A stretch of 63,984 nucleotides of DNA, counting the filler, from Dimargaris cristalligena (Eukaryota): the NCBI GenBank assembly GCA_003614675.1. It is 14 parts of 14 records of this genome, joined end to end, with 100 filler letters (N's around TTAATTAATTAA, not from the genome) between each part and the next. Parts side by side here need not be neighbours in the genome. Positions count along the whole stretch, not along the records: positions 36,849 to 41,341 come from ML003769.1; positions 41,442 to 45,935 come from ML003770.1; positions 46,036 to 50,522 come from ML003771.1; 11 more parts are not named here. One strand, 5' to 3'. The notes under the pieces are model-generated. The model searched no databases. It was not told where the DNA came from and saw only the letters and a list, made by a program, of their open reading frames with translations. The first letter of the stretch is position 1, and each line of letters starts with the position of its first letter. The position numbers and the translations under genes are program-made. Positions 38,036 to 50,622 of the stretch are shown here, piece after piece.

Positions 38036-38319
38036 ATATGGGTGAACTTCAACCCAACTGTATAAGATTTTACACAATATGTGTATGGGATAATATGTGG
38101 GAGAATAACTTTTGACCAGTAATATTTACCTCATCAAATGGATTATTCGTTATATAGCCTGGATGAATATCTGCCATATGAGTGAAATGCAGCCCAGCTA
38201 TATAAGGGTTTACATTATACGTGTATGGGAGAATATATGGGAAATTTATTTTTAACTAGTAATATTAGCCAAATCTAATGGATTTTTCGTTATATAGCTT
38301 AGATGAACTTCTCCTATAC
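38036..38319 (+). mobile_element. Two tandem 144-bp MITEs sharing one ATAT
   Basis: Copy 1 at 38036-38179 (near-identical to 46467-46610) and copy 2 at 38176-38319; the junction ATAT is 38176-38179. Confidence 0.85.
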
Positions 38320-38657
38320 CAATTAACCTCTCCTTAAGCAATACCAGGTGGTGTGGCATAGCAGAGTGGTGTTGGGAGGGTTCTTAAGTACAGGCATGCT
38401 GAACCCAGAGAATCTCGACTGCGGTTAATCCCATTTCCTCAGTTGTTGCTAACCCACCGTAGCTCAATTTGTGCGCAGTAAAATATAGCAGGCCTTAACA
38501 ACCTTCTCTTTTTCGTTTAGGGTAAAAAAATAGTTTCTTTTTAGTGTACTTGGCGCCGACTTTTGTTATTCCTATAGAGTCATTCCTCCCTCTAATTAAC
38601 GCAAACGTCGTCACTAAAAGTCCATTCGGCCGCATTCCCCCTTTCGTTCACATACAC

Positions 38658-41341
38658 ATGCCACGACGGTCAGCCCAGCGCGCCCCTGCGCCAGCAGTCG
38701 CCAGCCGCCGCTCAGCCCGTCTTCGTACTCAGGCCTCACCCTCACCCGATCCCATTGGCAATCCCGAACAACTGAGTTGCACAGTCACTCCCACCATACC
38801 AGGTACGCTCTTTTTATATATATATATATGACTACTCTACTAGACCCCTTTAGCTTGGGAAAAGAACCCCCTAATTATAATTAAACACCATTCGCGACTG
38901 TACTTGGATTGGTATGTGAGGTTCATGAGATTAAAGCTAACCATAATCGGTGTGTAATTCTCGTATTGATACCTACCGCCGTTGCATTGCCATTTTACCC
39001 GCATACATAGATTTTGAAGTCAATCTGGATGAAAGTGAGGATGAATCGGATTTTGAAGACGTCGAAATTCCAGACCCTCCTACTCTTATCCCCGCCGAGC
39101 CAAGCTTTTTACCCTCGACCGCCGGTCCTGTGAATCCACCAGTAGTTGAATCCTCTCCCGGACCGTATGACCCCTACGCAGCCTATTTAGAAAATCTGGA
39201 AGACAATGATAATGCCGATGACAATAGTAACGATGACGAGAATGGCCAGGGTGGGATTGTTCTTACCTTTGGGGCCGAGGACTTTACTACCGCGAAGGGT
39301 AGTAGCAACCCCGGCGAATCGAGTCCGTCGACCTCCAAAGGTATTCATATTACTAAAAAGGACCGTATCCGGCGTCACGCAGTTCACCGCGCCCAAGTTC
39401 TATGCGATTTAATCCACCTGGGGCACACAAATAAGCTAATGAATTGTCCGACCACCCAGGCCGTCGCTTTATCGCTTGTTCCTGAGCATATTCTTAATCT
39501 CATCCAGGCCGACCAAGATCTACCCTCCCAGCGAGCGAAGAAACGTTCTAAGCCGAATCCCACGGCATCACCATTACCATTACAATTGAATGGACTCCGC
39601 AACTTGGTGGATTGGTGGTGTGCCTATTTTCGGGTTGAGGTTCCGCGAGTAGGACCCACACGAACCTCTCTACTCGATCAAATGAATCGTTTGGGGGTTA
39701 ACCGCTTGACGGACCCAACCACCCATCATAACAGTGTCTCGAAATTATCCGATCCGGCCAACCGTGAGTCTCGCCAACGTGACGTTATTTTGAGCGCGCT
39801 TGGAGCTGGCTACGGTACTATGCATGAGGGCACTTTACTGTTAGGAGCTATATGCCGGGCCCTGGGCCTACGTACCCGTTTGGTCCGCTCCCTCTACCCA
39901 TTACCCACCCGGTTTACCCGGGAGGAACTGGCCCGTGAGTTGCAAGGCGAAGTGTGGCTCGCCTTACCCGATTTAGGAGTGGTAGATCCTAAAAACACAA
40001 TATCTGAAAGCCCCCAGAAAGGGTCTTATCGACAGGCCCGGTACCACCCCCTGACGTGGTGGCTAGAAGTACGGCTACCAGGGCCGGGGAAGTCACATTG
40101 GTGGGCCCTTAATACGATCCACGGGATCATGAAACACCCCCAAGCCGTTGGTCTAGCACCGCTCGCCTGGATCCCTCCCTCCCAGTCAGATAGCACCACC
40201 ACCACCACTACCACTGCTACTACTACTACTACTACTGCCACTACTGTAGAAGCTGTGGTGGAGAAAAGTGTTGGGGGCTCATTGACAGTCCCTTTGGTCT
40301 TTACGGATAATTCCAAACGATTTCCGGTCGTCTATGTAGTGGCCATGGATGAGCAGGGTTACTGGAAAGATGTCACCCGTCGGTACACCTCGGAATGGTC
40401 AAAAGTAACCCGTAATCTGCGAGCACCCGATCTGTCGGTTGGGTCAAGTGGTAATCTACATCCAACGCACAATTGGTGGATCCGACTGATGGCATACCGC
40501 CGGGCCCCGCATTCCACCGTAAGTAACATATCCACCATACCGTCCAGTGAGCCACGTCTAAGATGTTTTCTACTTGGCTAACTTTGCTCTTTATCCGGAT
40601 AGCTTCGACATACACCTTTGACCCCACCGCCTTGAGGGATTGAAAATAGCTATGAGTACCCGTCGCCCCACAGCCCCTCTCCAGTTTACGACCATGCTAG
40701 TTTTAATCTAACCCGGTATCATTAATTATTTGTAATACTGGATTTGAACCAATGCATTGATTTTAACAGGAATCGGACCATGAAGAAGAAGTCGCACTGA
40801 GCCAACAGGAGTTCACCGAAAAGGTGCCTACTTCACTGGCTGGCTTTAAAAATCACCCACAGTAAGTCCTGATCCGTATGACTGGCCCAATTCATTGTCG
40901 CATTTTCTTATAAATAACCCTATCCATTCGACATGCTAACTAGCACATACAATATCTCACTCATGGCCTATTTTATATTTTGAAATGCCATGGCCCTACT
41001 ACCCACTACTACCTGTAATGCAACATCAGTTTTGCGCTAGAACGCCACTTGAAACAATCGGAGATTATCCATCCCCGCCAGCCTTGCCTGGGCCAAATCC
41101 GGGGCGAAACCATATTCCCTCGTAGCCATGTCCATATGCTCAAGAGTAAAGAAACGTGGTACCGCGAGGGCCGGGAACTCCAATCCGAGCAAACGCCCCT
41201 CAAACACATTAAAGGCCGGCCTAGTATAAAATCCCGCAACAGTGGCCTAGGGGGTTCCCGCGATGACGAGCAATTCGAACGGGATGTTTACTGGGCTATC
41301 CGGGGTCGGCCTACCTCCGCGGACCGAATGGCCGTTGTTCC
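38658..41341 (+). CDS. RAD4: Nucleotide excision repair protein Rad4/XPC (3' truncated)
   Basis: Exons 38658-38802, 39011-40518, 40770-40861 and 41030 to scaffold end. Motifs CRALGLRTRLVRSL, WWLEV, YVVAMDEQGYWKDVTRRY, PTSLAGFKNHP, ALERHLKQSEIIHP, IFPRSHVHMLKSKETWYREGR. Confidence 0.92.
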
Positions 41342-43623
41342 NNNNNNNNNNNNNNNNNNNNNNNNNNNNNNNNNNNNNNNNNNNNTTAATTAATTAANNN
41401 NNNNNNNNNNNNNNNNNNNNNNNNNNNNNNNNNNNNNNNNNCAGCCACCCTTAGGCTGGTTATAAAATGTCCCATTTAACAACCATGTACCGTCAAATAT
41501 TAGTCTAGATTAGTAGCTGTCGCCTTTGCTTAACCGCGGACATAGTATACACGGGATTAAAATGGGATACCAACACCCTCAAACTCACCAGAATCCATTT
41601 GGTTGGCTTTAGGCGACTGGTTATAAGTAGGATTTTCTTGGTGTGTGTATTAATGGGCACTGCTCCACTGACTTATGTGGGGCAGGGTGGAGGGAGGGAG
41701 GAGAGGAGAGGGGCTCAAAGGTACAAACAATTGTTAAATATTATGGCGAAGGGGCGAAGAGTAGAGTCGGCAGGGCTCGATAACAGACATACTAACTTAC
41801 TTGGCGGACGCCATCTGCTCGTTTGCGACCCATGGCTCACTGGCGAAGTCAAGAGTTTAGATGGAATATGACGGACTAGGTATAAAAAACAACCAATTCA
41901 ATACATCGTGTTGAAAATCGAGGCAGAGAATGTTAAATAATGTATAAAGAGAGGAAGGACATGGATACCAAGTTAACCCTCGACTAAAGTACTTGGAGCA
42001 GTATGGCTCACACGCCATCCGTCCACAATTCCCAGTCACCATTTGCATGCGAATACCACTCAAATGGAAGACCTTGAAAGTTCACACTGGGTAAAAACAC
42101 TGTTGATGGTGATGTTACTTCTACCGTAGCAGCTGGATGCAGTCCTGAGAATACGAGTGAGGTATCACTCTCAACCGAGGGCAATATGGCCGGAGATCAA
42201 GGTGACCAGGGACCCGGCCACGGACGATGCATAAATACCTCCATTTAACACTAATAACTGCATTCTCTGATGCATCACCGTTGTTATCCAAGACATTCTG
42301 GGTTTGATCCCACCTCGGCTCTCTAGGTCATTCTCATGGCCTCCGCTCTCAACCAGACGGGCTGTATGCCCCTCTGACATTAACTAATGCACATAGTAGA
42401 ATTGGGACCGACTACATATAAAGGGTGCTCTGCTTTCCACGTTGATATTTCCTCAGTTTACTAGCGCCCCTATCGCTAGTGCCCTTTTATTCGCACCCAT
42501 ATCTTTCGCATAAATATCCTTAGTCAATAAAACTCGCCCATAACCATTCACTATTCTAACAGTGAGAACAAGACAATTGACCTGGTGGTGCCAATATTGG
42601 CAACTCAGTAAAGGGGATACACACCGTACTAAAACGGTAGGCCAACCATGGGGGTGTATAGACACTATAATAGCTTTCCCCGCCCAGGGAGCTCCCACCA
42701 TCCCTTGCATATCCTTTTTAGAGATTGTAATTATTATCAGGACAGTACCTATATTTTCAACATTCTCCCTGGTTCAGCTGATTCACTTTATAAATCCTCG
42801 GTGAAAATGGTCGCAGGGTGTTTTCCCGAAAAGTTACGCCATCCGAAATAATATTCAACATGGGGCCAGCATAGTCTAAAGAATTGCGGATGGGGTAGTG
42901 GCTCTAATCGGCCGAACTACGTGGCTAACTAGAACCATAATCACTGCCTGGGTTCAATCAGCTACTTTTCCCTGGCAGTCTTCTTCCCGTCTAACCGCAC
43001 CATTTTAACACCGGCCTACTTTACAACTAATACCCCGTGTCGTATGTGTAATATTGCCTTGGGTCTAGAAATTCTATATAAATATACCAAGGCCGATATG
43101 AAAATGGGGCCAGATGGTGATAGGAATTTTCAGCCTATATACCTCTGAAGGGGCACCGTGAAATCAAGCCGAACAGTCCTATTTGATAGCCCCCAGTTTC
43201 AAACGCCAAACACCCATATACGGACGAAAGGGTGTATTAGACCACGTGATCTTTCACATATCTCGGACCCTTGACGCCAGCGCTCAGTCGCAAACATATA
43301 CAATGGTATTAATGCTAGACTAGCCATGGTATCTAGCATTGGGCCTAGCAGTCCATAGGGACGGGTTAGGGTTAGAGTAGAGTCACCCTCAACCGAACAG
43401 GGCCCTTGTGAAGGAGGTCGTGGTACCACTACCACGGTTAGCCCTATAATGACTGCGGCAAGCTTACCGTCAAGTTCTAACACCCAGACTCCTTAACTCC
43501 ATCACTTAACTGGACCAGGGTAAAAACCCCGACTGAGACAACAGTTACATTTGTTGCTACTCCGCCTTCACTTTGCCCTCCAATACCCCAATATAAAGGG
43601 AAGGGCGGACTCAGTGCTTTTGT

Positions 43624-43785
43624 NNNNNNNNNNNNNNNNNNNNNNNNNNNNNNNNNNNNNNNNNNNNNNNNNNNNNNNNNNNNNNNNNNNNNNNNNNNNN
43701 NNNNNNNNNNNNNNNNNNNNNNNNNNNNNNNNNNNNNNNNNNNNNNNNNNNNNNNNNNNNNNNNNNNNNNNNNNNNNNNNNNNNN
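43624..43785. other. Internal assembly gap
   Basis: Run of N without the TTAATTAATTAA core. Confidence 0.95.
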
Positions 43786-44234
43786 CATTTAACCACATAT
43801 GTTCGCGGACTCGCATATTAACAAAGAAAAATGGCTACAAGATATAGCTTATTCGCCCCGACCATACACGAAAAGTCGAGGTTCCAAATTCGTTTAGGCA
43901 CTATTCTTCTCTCGTTAATTATTCCTACTAGCTACGCCGATGGTTACCACCCGGCGGTTAATTCGATCGATGTCTTAATAGATACCTGTTGAATATATTA
44001 ACTTTGATAGCGAAGAAAGCAATATTAATATACAATTGAAAAATATGCTAAAGGCTAGACAATAAAACCCAAACTAAATCATTATTTTTTAGAAAGTACA
44101 AATGGATAGACCTTCGAACCATGGTAAATAAATTATAAAAATACAAATATAACAGAAGTAAAAATATAAAAAGGCAGAGCCCGCTGTGGATCTAACAACA
44201 AATTAATGCATTAACGTAACCTCCATCAAGGAAT

Positions 44235-45755
44235 TTAAGAGTGGGGCTGGCGGCCACTTTTGAAATATCGTTCCGGGTCCTCCACCAGGAGGGGGAGCGT
44301 GGAATGATATACATTGTATGTATGGGCCAAGTCCACCGCCCGTTGATAAGGGATCCAGACCCCACGGCTGGTTTTGCAGGTCTTCTTCAGTACGCGGCGC
44401 AGGGGCTCCTTACGAAGCAGATAATCGCGACGACCTCGACTTAGACCCGCACAGTTGAGGAGCTTGGTTCCGTTGACCATGGCACTGCTCATGCAGCGGG
44501 CAATATGATGCCCCCGGGCCGAGACCACGTAACTATCGATGCTCTCATCGGTCCAGTAAGCATTCCGCGGTTGCAAAGTGGTATCGAGGCTTTCCTGACC
44601 GATGTTGGAACTGATTGTTTCGCGCGGTGGATTTGTGTCGGGCGTACCAACTGGACCGTCACCCATTTCGACGGGGGGTGCCGCACGCCAGGAATTGTCA
44701 GGTAGACACAGTGTTGCGGAGGGCGTGGCACCAAGGGCCGCCTGCTGGATACCGGCAGGTTGATCGGAACTTAGGGCCATCCACGTGGACAGGTGTAAGT
44801 CTAACGCTGGGATGTCGAGCCCATTAAGAATTCCGAGTGGGTCAGCCATAATCGCGGTGAGGTCGAGGGGCGGAATAATTCCCAAGGCTTCCGCAGTTGT
44901 ATGGTTGATCGTACTTCCGGCGATGCTCTGCTGGTTGGTTAGGGAAACCTGGGTGGCTTCAGGCCCGTTGGGTTGGCATGGTGTAAAAGGGGCCGGTGGC
45001 AACTGCATGGGCGGGTTCTGGGACGGCACCGGAGCAGCGGGCGGTTCCTGGCCAATATTGGCCACCGCCGAAGGAACCGGGTTCATTTGGACAGTCTCGG
45101 GTACGACACCATAGTCCTGATTAGGGGGTATCAGGCTTTCCGGTATGGACTGGGCCAGGGCGGACAGTACGTCACACAGCGAGGGTACTTCCGTTTTTTG
45201 ATCGATTCCAAACGTGGAACAGGGGCCCAGGCTGGCCAATTTGGGCTCCTCGACCGTGGGGGGTACGTTCTGCCCAGTCGAAATTGTCGGCAAGTTCGCG
45301 GGCACTTCTGTGGTGAAAGGTGGGCACTGGGAGGGCATACCGAACCCACTGTTATCAACCGGGCCGGCCGGTGTAGGGGCCCAGTAGTTGACGTAGTTGT
45401 GGATATCTGCGTTCAAGTCGGTGGATATCGGGGCAGAGACCGGGACTGGGGCTGGCTGTGGCACAGGTACATACATTGCGATGGGGACGTGGGTTGTAAT
45501 AGGTGGTACCATCGAGTACGGGAAGGGGACCAATAAGGAGGGCACCGCCGTGTTGGTATAATTCAGGGGGTAAGGTGTGGTGGTGGCGGCAGGGTCCCAT
45601 ATAGTGGACGGGTGGGTGGAGCAACCCCAGGGAGTGAGGCCGGGATTAGGTATATTAACCACAGGGTCCCACGAGGAGTTAAGCAGGCCCGGCTGAACTA
45701 AGTTCAGGATCTCGGTGCCCAGGGCGAAGACGGGGTAGGTGGGGTTGGTGAACAT
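44235..45755 (-). CDS. APSES-domain transcription factor (divergent StuA/Sok2/Phd1 type)
   Basis: Pro-rich N-terminus from ATG 45755; C-terminal WTDES...MVNGTKLLNCAGLSRGRRDYLL...GVWIPYQRAVDLA...LPLL. Confidence 0.85.
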   Translation of the reverse strand: MFTNPTYPVFALGTEILNLVQPGLLNSSWDPVVNIPNPGLTPWGCSTHPSTIWDPAATTTPYPLNYTNTAVPSLLVPFPYSMVPPITTHVPIAMYVPVPQPAPVPVSAPISTDLNADIHNYVNYWAPTPAGPVDNSGFGMPSQCPPFTTEVPANLPTISTGQNVPPTVEEPKLASLGPCSTFGIDQKTEVPSLCDVLSALAQSIPESLIPPNQDYGVVPETVQMNPVPSAVANIGQEPPAAPVPSQNPPMQLPPAPFTPCQPNGPEATQVSLTNQQSIAGSTINHTTAEALGIIPPLDLTAIMADPLGILNGLDIPALDLHLSTWMALSSDQPAGIQQAALGATPSATLCLPDNSWRAAPPVEMGDGPVGTPDTNPPRETISSNIGQESLDTTLQPRNAYWTDESIDSYVVSARGHHIARCMSSAMVNGTKLLNCAGLSRGRRDYLLRKEPLRRVLKKTCKTSRGVWIPYQRAVDLAHTYNVYHSTLPLLVEDPERYFKSGRQPHS

Positions 45756-46035
45756 TATGATTAAATAATAATAGTGAAAGTGAGAGTGAGAGTAAAAGGC
45801 GAAGAAATAGTACAACCCGGAATAGGAATGGGTAGGGCGGGCTTGCGATAGGTAAGGCAGCCGGGGCAAGAGGGGAGGTCAAGAGAAAACAAACAACCAG
45901 TGCAAAGCGAGATCAAGGTAAAAAACTGAAACTAGNNNNNNNNNNNNNNNNNNNNNNNNNNNNNNNNNNNNNNNNNNNNTTAATTAATTAANNNNNNNNN
46001 NNNNNNNNNNNNNNNNNNNNNNNNNNNNNNNNNNN

Positions 46036-46112
46036 TGTCCAACGCCCCGCCTACTGTTGGAAGCCTACCCCCGAGACTCTTGACGGACTATGAGTGGTTA
46101 ACTCGGGTGACA
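46036..46112 (+). mobile_element. LTR family A end (young, CpG-rich)
   Basis: Near-identical to 4622-4698; ends CTCGGGTGACA. Confidence 0.85.
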
Positions 46113-46466
46113 GATTGCTTTACAGAAGGATCACCTCTCAATTCATATATATATATATTAAAGAGACATTAAAATCCAACAATAACTATTGGTTTTTTAT
46201 TACCATTCGGCATTTTTTTGTGCCGTTAAGCCTCAAGCCGGTAAAAGTGGTCTTAATAGCACACCACTGATTAAGGTCGGTTTGCTGGTTTAATTATCTC
46301 CTCTGCAGGGACGGCATGGTTATACCAGCTGGATCACACTAGATAGCCGGACCTAGTAGGGCAGGGATGTATCCTCACTGACTTCTCATATAAGGTCTAA
46401 TTATTACATCTCGCATTTTCCATGGTGACGCCTGGTATAATGCAAATTTATTATTAAACCTGGATG

Positions 46467-46610
46467 ATATGGGTGAACTTCAACCCAACTGTATAAGATT
46501 TTACACAATATGTGTATGGGATAATATGTGGGAGAATAACTTTTGACCAGTAATATTTACCTCATCAAATGGATTATTCGTTATACAGCCTGAATGAATA
46601 TCTGCCATAT
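46467..46610 (+). mobile_element. 144-bp MITE, complete
   Basis: ATATGGGTGAACTTCAACCCAACTGTATAAG...GAATATCTGCCATAT. Confidence 0.85.
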
Positions 46611-47186
46611 GTTTCGAACTCTGACACTTTACTTTATGTTCTAATCAGAATCATCTGTATAACGGTGGATATCCTCTACTTATACCTGTACCATTCTTTG
46701 ATAGCCCTTAGGTATCCCCCAAGTACAGAATCCACAGGAAACCTATCCAAATAATCCCTGGTATAGGACTTAAGCAGTAGACCAATGCGGTATTGGGTCT
46801 TACAGACACGATTACAATAAATGTTATTAGACTTTAGGTATAGAATTTGTTTATTTGTACAGTTGATTAGGGTCCAATATGGAGGAGGTTCGACCAGGTT
46901 AAACGGCGATAAATTATTTGGATGGGGTAATCGAACGAGTTTCACCATGGTCACTCTACTCGCGATAAGTAGCACATTGGCGAATGGCCTTGAAGTAGGT
47001 GTTGCAACCAGCACAGCCAAGGTGGCGCCATCGATGCTAGTCAGCTTCCCGTATTATAACGCATAGACATATGACTCAGTTCGTCGGTTGGTTAGCTGCA
47101 TGACCAAGGGTTGGCGAGCCCAAAGTATTAGTGGTAGTAATAGCACTTACAGGGTGACTTTTGGTGGGGGATAGGGCAATGATAAG

Positions 47187-48209
47187 TCACGATCCCTGCG
47201 TCACGTGGGGCGCGGACGGGAGGGCGGGGGGAGGAGTTGAGTGAGGCGTTGGAAGAGCCTTCCCTGATGGTCCTCCGACTGGGCAGTGACAGGGGTTGGC
47301 CGACGAGAGAGGGTTGGCATGATCTAGTTCAGACTGTTGCAAAATCTGGGCCAGCCGATTGTTCGCGTCATGCTGAAGGAGGGTATGTTCGAAGATGAGG
47401 GAGGGTGAGGGATATCCAAAGTCACCAATCGTATCCCGAGGTCGCTCCCCTCGCCGGCTTCGGGATGCCAAACCGTCACCCAACCGGGCCCCAGTACCAC
47501 CCAAACGACTGTAGGGATGGCTGTGCTGCATCCGGCAAGGTAAAATGGGCCCACGGAACATCCGCATCTCCTCATCATCATCACCACCACCCAGGTCTGG
47601 GTTACGACGGCGCCGGCGCCGGCTCGATTTCGATAAAGGCGATCTTCTAGATATACGGGTCCAGGGTTGGTTGAATAGGTGGGAGTCAATCGGGAAGAAT
47701 CGAGAATCAGTGCCAAAAGTAGGTTCATTTTCTGGTGAAGCTAACCTGAGCCGAAAAGGCTTATGGAGAAGCACCTTGGGTAAATCTGTGATGGTAATAT
47801 ATTCATGAAGGTTAGGGAGGGATAGGAGGTAGGTTCAGGCGTCCATTTTAGATATAGACAGTTGTATACATAGTGATGAGTTAAACAATAGATTCATGAA
47901 TGGATATACTCGCGATATTACCCCACCGGGAGGTGGGCCACGCCCCCAGGAAAAATGTGGTATTTGGAGTAATTGGAAGCTGACTAGCTAATCTGAAGAA
48001 CCAGTTCGCCTACCGGATATGCAACGCAGACTCGATTTTGGTAAAATACCGGACTGTTCGAGTTTGCCGGTTCGGCCTTTGGGTCCACTATCTATAGCTG
48101 GAACAGCGGTAATGGGATGAGCATGGTTGATTTCCCCCACTTCGGCACTTAAGTGCTGGAGCAGGGGATGGTTCAAGGGGTATTCATGATTATTCTCTGG
48201 ATGGGACAT
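47187..48209 (-). CDS. Hypothetical protein, probably spliced; structure uncertain
   Basis: Two GC-richer ORFs (47988-48209 and 47187-47774) separated by an AT-rich intron-like stretch; no domain recognised. Confidence 0.3.
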
Positions 48210-48879
48210 AGTAGTGGGATAACCTGGTACGCAATGATGTAGTCTTGGAAGCAGGATAGGATTCTAAATAGCTAATACCAAGGTGAAAAAGCAAAAAAAA
48301 AAGGATATGGAGTGGATATGGCAATCCCGAGATGGCTGTGGTGAGTATAATTACAGGAGAAGTAGGTCGAGCAAATGATAATTGGTAAAATTGCCAATGG
48401 GGGCATTCCACTTGTTTTTATATCTCCTGACATCCTGCATGGGTTCAGTACCTTAATAATGGAACTGATTGTGAATGATTCGTGATACAGCCAAGTTACA
48501 TTCATGCCTTCTGGACTATAGTGGCATAGATAGCGATTGGATATTGGCCTGCTCATTTTGACTTAGATGAAACCCCTGCCGTGCCTAATAATCAGTGTGA
48601 TTAAAGCCAACAGACCTTTAAGAGCTAGATGCCATTATTGCCTAGCTCCATCAATGGGGTGCAGTAATTAACTGACTAAATGATATTTTTCCTTTAAGTT
48701 ATTCCTGCTACTTCATTCATATATTCCATACATCCTATTTAGTATGCCCTTCTGTTATTACCCCACACTCATTATATCCCCTAGCAATGTCTTCCAGTAC
48801 AGTCTGTCCTGTTAGAAGCCTTTTCCCATAATCTGTTTGACAATATACTGCTGAAAAATAAGTCCAAGCATCTGCCATT

Positions 48880-49086
48880 TGTTGGAGTAACCACAGATTC
48901 TCTTAATTATAATCCAAGATAGACTAAAGATGAAGTTTATTTTAAGATAGATAGAAGTAAGAAAGAACCACAAGATGAGAATTAAGCTTATTGCAGTGGT
49001 ATTTATTGGGTGTAGTTTCTACCAATAGGATCACTCAAAATACCTGATACAGTAAATGGTACTTGGGGGGGAGATGCAGTCCAACA
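48880..49086 (-). mobile_element. Solo copia-type LTR, family B (207 bp), TSD CCATT
   Basis: TGTTGGA...TCCAACA termini; CCATT at 48875-48879 and 49087-49091. Confidence 0.9.
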
Positions 49087-49158
49087 CCATTATCTACTGT
49101 CTATGACCAATTGGGTTAGTTTATCCAATTATACTAGGTCCTTTCATATTAACTACCT

Positions 49159-49727
49159 TGTCACCCGAATTAACCACTCTTAGTCTGTCAAGAGTCTCGG
49201 GGATAGGCTTCTAATGGTAGGCAGGGTATTGGGCATGGCCAAGCAGGCTACTAGCATTAGGTAGGGCTGATACTAACTGAATAAAGCAAGTGTCAATGCA
49301 TAGGTGGGGGATGTGCACTGATGCACACTTACTAGTCAGTATGAGGGGGTGAGCATATATAGAGTTTATTGAGGGCAAACTAAGGGGGGTAAGAATAAGC
49401 TAAGGTATTAACTGGGCCCCCATGGGGGCCCAGTTATATATATGCGGGGGACTACTCTAAGGGAGGTCCCGAGGGGAAACTACATAACTAAGATAATGAT
49501 AGGGAGGGCCTGGTGGTCCTCATACAAGTGGAGGCTTCTATGGGAACTGGAAGATACTAAGATCACCAGAGGAGTGAGTAGTGCAAACTCCGGGGGGGGG
49601 TCCAGCTGGTAAGATGATATATATGATGTCTGGCCCCATTAGGACTGGGGGTACAATATGGTGCTATATGGCCTGCTATAATGGCAATCATTAGTGGATG
49701 GATTAGGTCAGGTTAGGAGGGGTGACA
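49159..49727 (-). mobile_element. Solo LTR, family A (569 bp), TSD TACCT
   Basis: Perfect 8-bp terminal inverted repeat TGTCACCC...GGGTGACA; TACCT at 49154-49158 and 49728-49732. Confidence 0.92.
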
Positions 49728-50179
49728 TACCTAAAATCCTACCTACTAACTATACTATTTAATAAACTAACCAATTAGATGTACCAACTGCCCTCTAGCT
49801 GCTTTCATTCTTTACTTCAAGTTATATTATAATCTTTAGTATTTCCAAAATATAAAACCAAGCCAAACCCTTTAGTTACCCCTTGGTTAATTAGTCACAC
49901 TTCATACACCCTTTACTGGCTAACCTACTCCTATATCTGATATATGTCATTCTTACTATCTATAAAGCACCCTTCACAACTTTAATTTAAACATCCTCTT
50001 ATAATGCTACCATCTAGAGGTAGGCATTATAACTATTACTGTCATTTTCCCCTATGAAAACCCCCATACAATGATTGAAGTCTAGAAGACCTTTTGCAGT
50101 TTGGTACATATTAGTGAATTTTGAAATGACTGCCAAAAAAAATAGTAGAAGGCAATATGTTATAATAGGGAAATAGTTC

Positions 50180-50452
50180 TGTTGCCTGGGTTAAATACTC
50201 CTAGTCCATCAAGAGTCCTAAGGATAGGCTTCTAATGGTAGATAGGGCTCAGGCTTAGCCAAGTGGGTTACTAGTATTAGGTAGGGGTACAGTACTAACT
50301 AATAAAGGCTACAAATGTAGGTACAGGCAAGGGATGTGCAATGAGCATACTTACTAGTCAATACAAGGGTGGTGAGCATATACAGAGTTTATTGGGATAA
50401 ACTAGGGGGTAAGAATAAGCTGGAGAATCTAATTAGTCCTAATAGGGCCCGG
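50180..50452 (-). mobile_element. Partial LTR, family A
   Basis: TGTTGCCTGGGTTAAATACTCCTAGTCCATCAAGAGTCCTAAGGATAGGCTTCTAATGG...; similarity stops where an unrelated TGTAAAG sequence begins near 50453. Confidence 0.8.
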
Positions 50453-50622
50453 TGTAAAGAACTGAACTCAAATCCTTGAAAACTGAACTTTATTTGAAAA
50501 GATAGGTGATAAAAAGGGAAAGNNNNNNNNNNNNNNNNNNNNNNNNNNNNNNNNNNNNNNNNNNNNTTAATTAATTAANNNNNNNNNNNNNNNNNNNNNN
50601 NNNNNNNNNNNNNNNNNNNNNN

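Noticed and set aside
38036..38319. Repeated units resembling a CRISPR array or REP elements
   Set aside because: No unique spacers or cas genes; dispersed TIR-bearing MITE in eukaryotic DNA.
41442..43623. Numerous short ORFs
   Set aside because: None shows a motif or coding-like composition; treated as intergenic.
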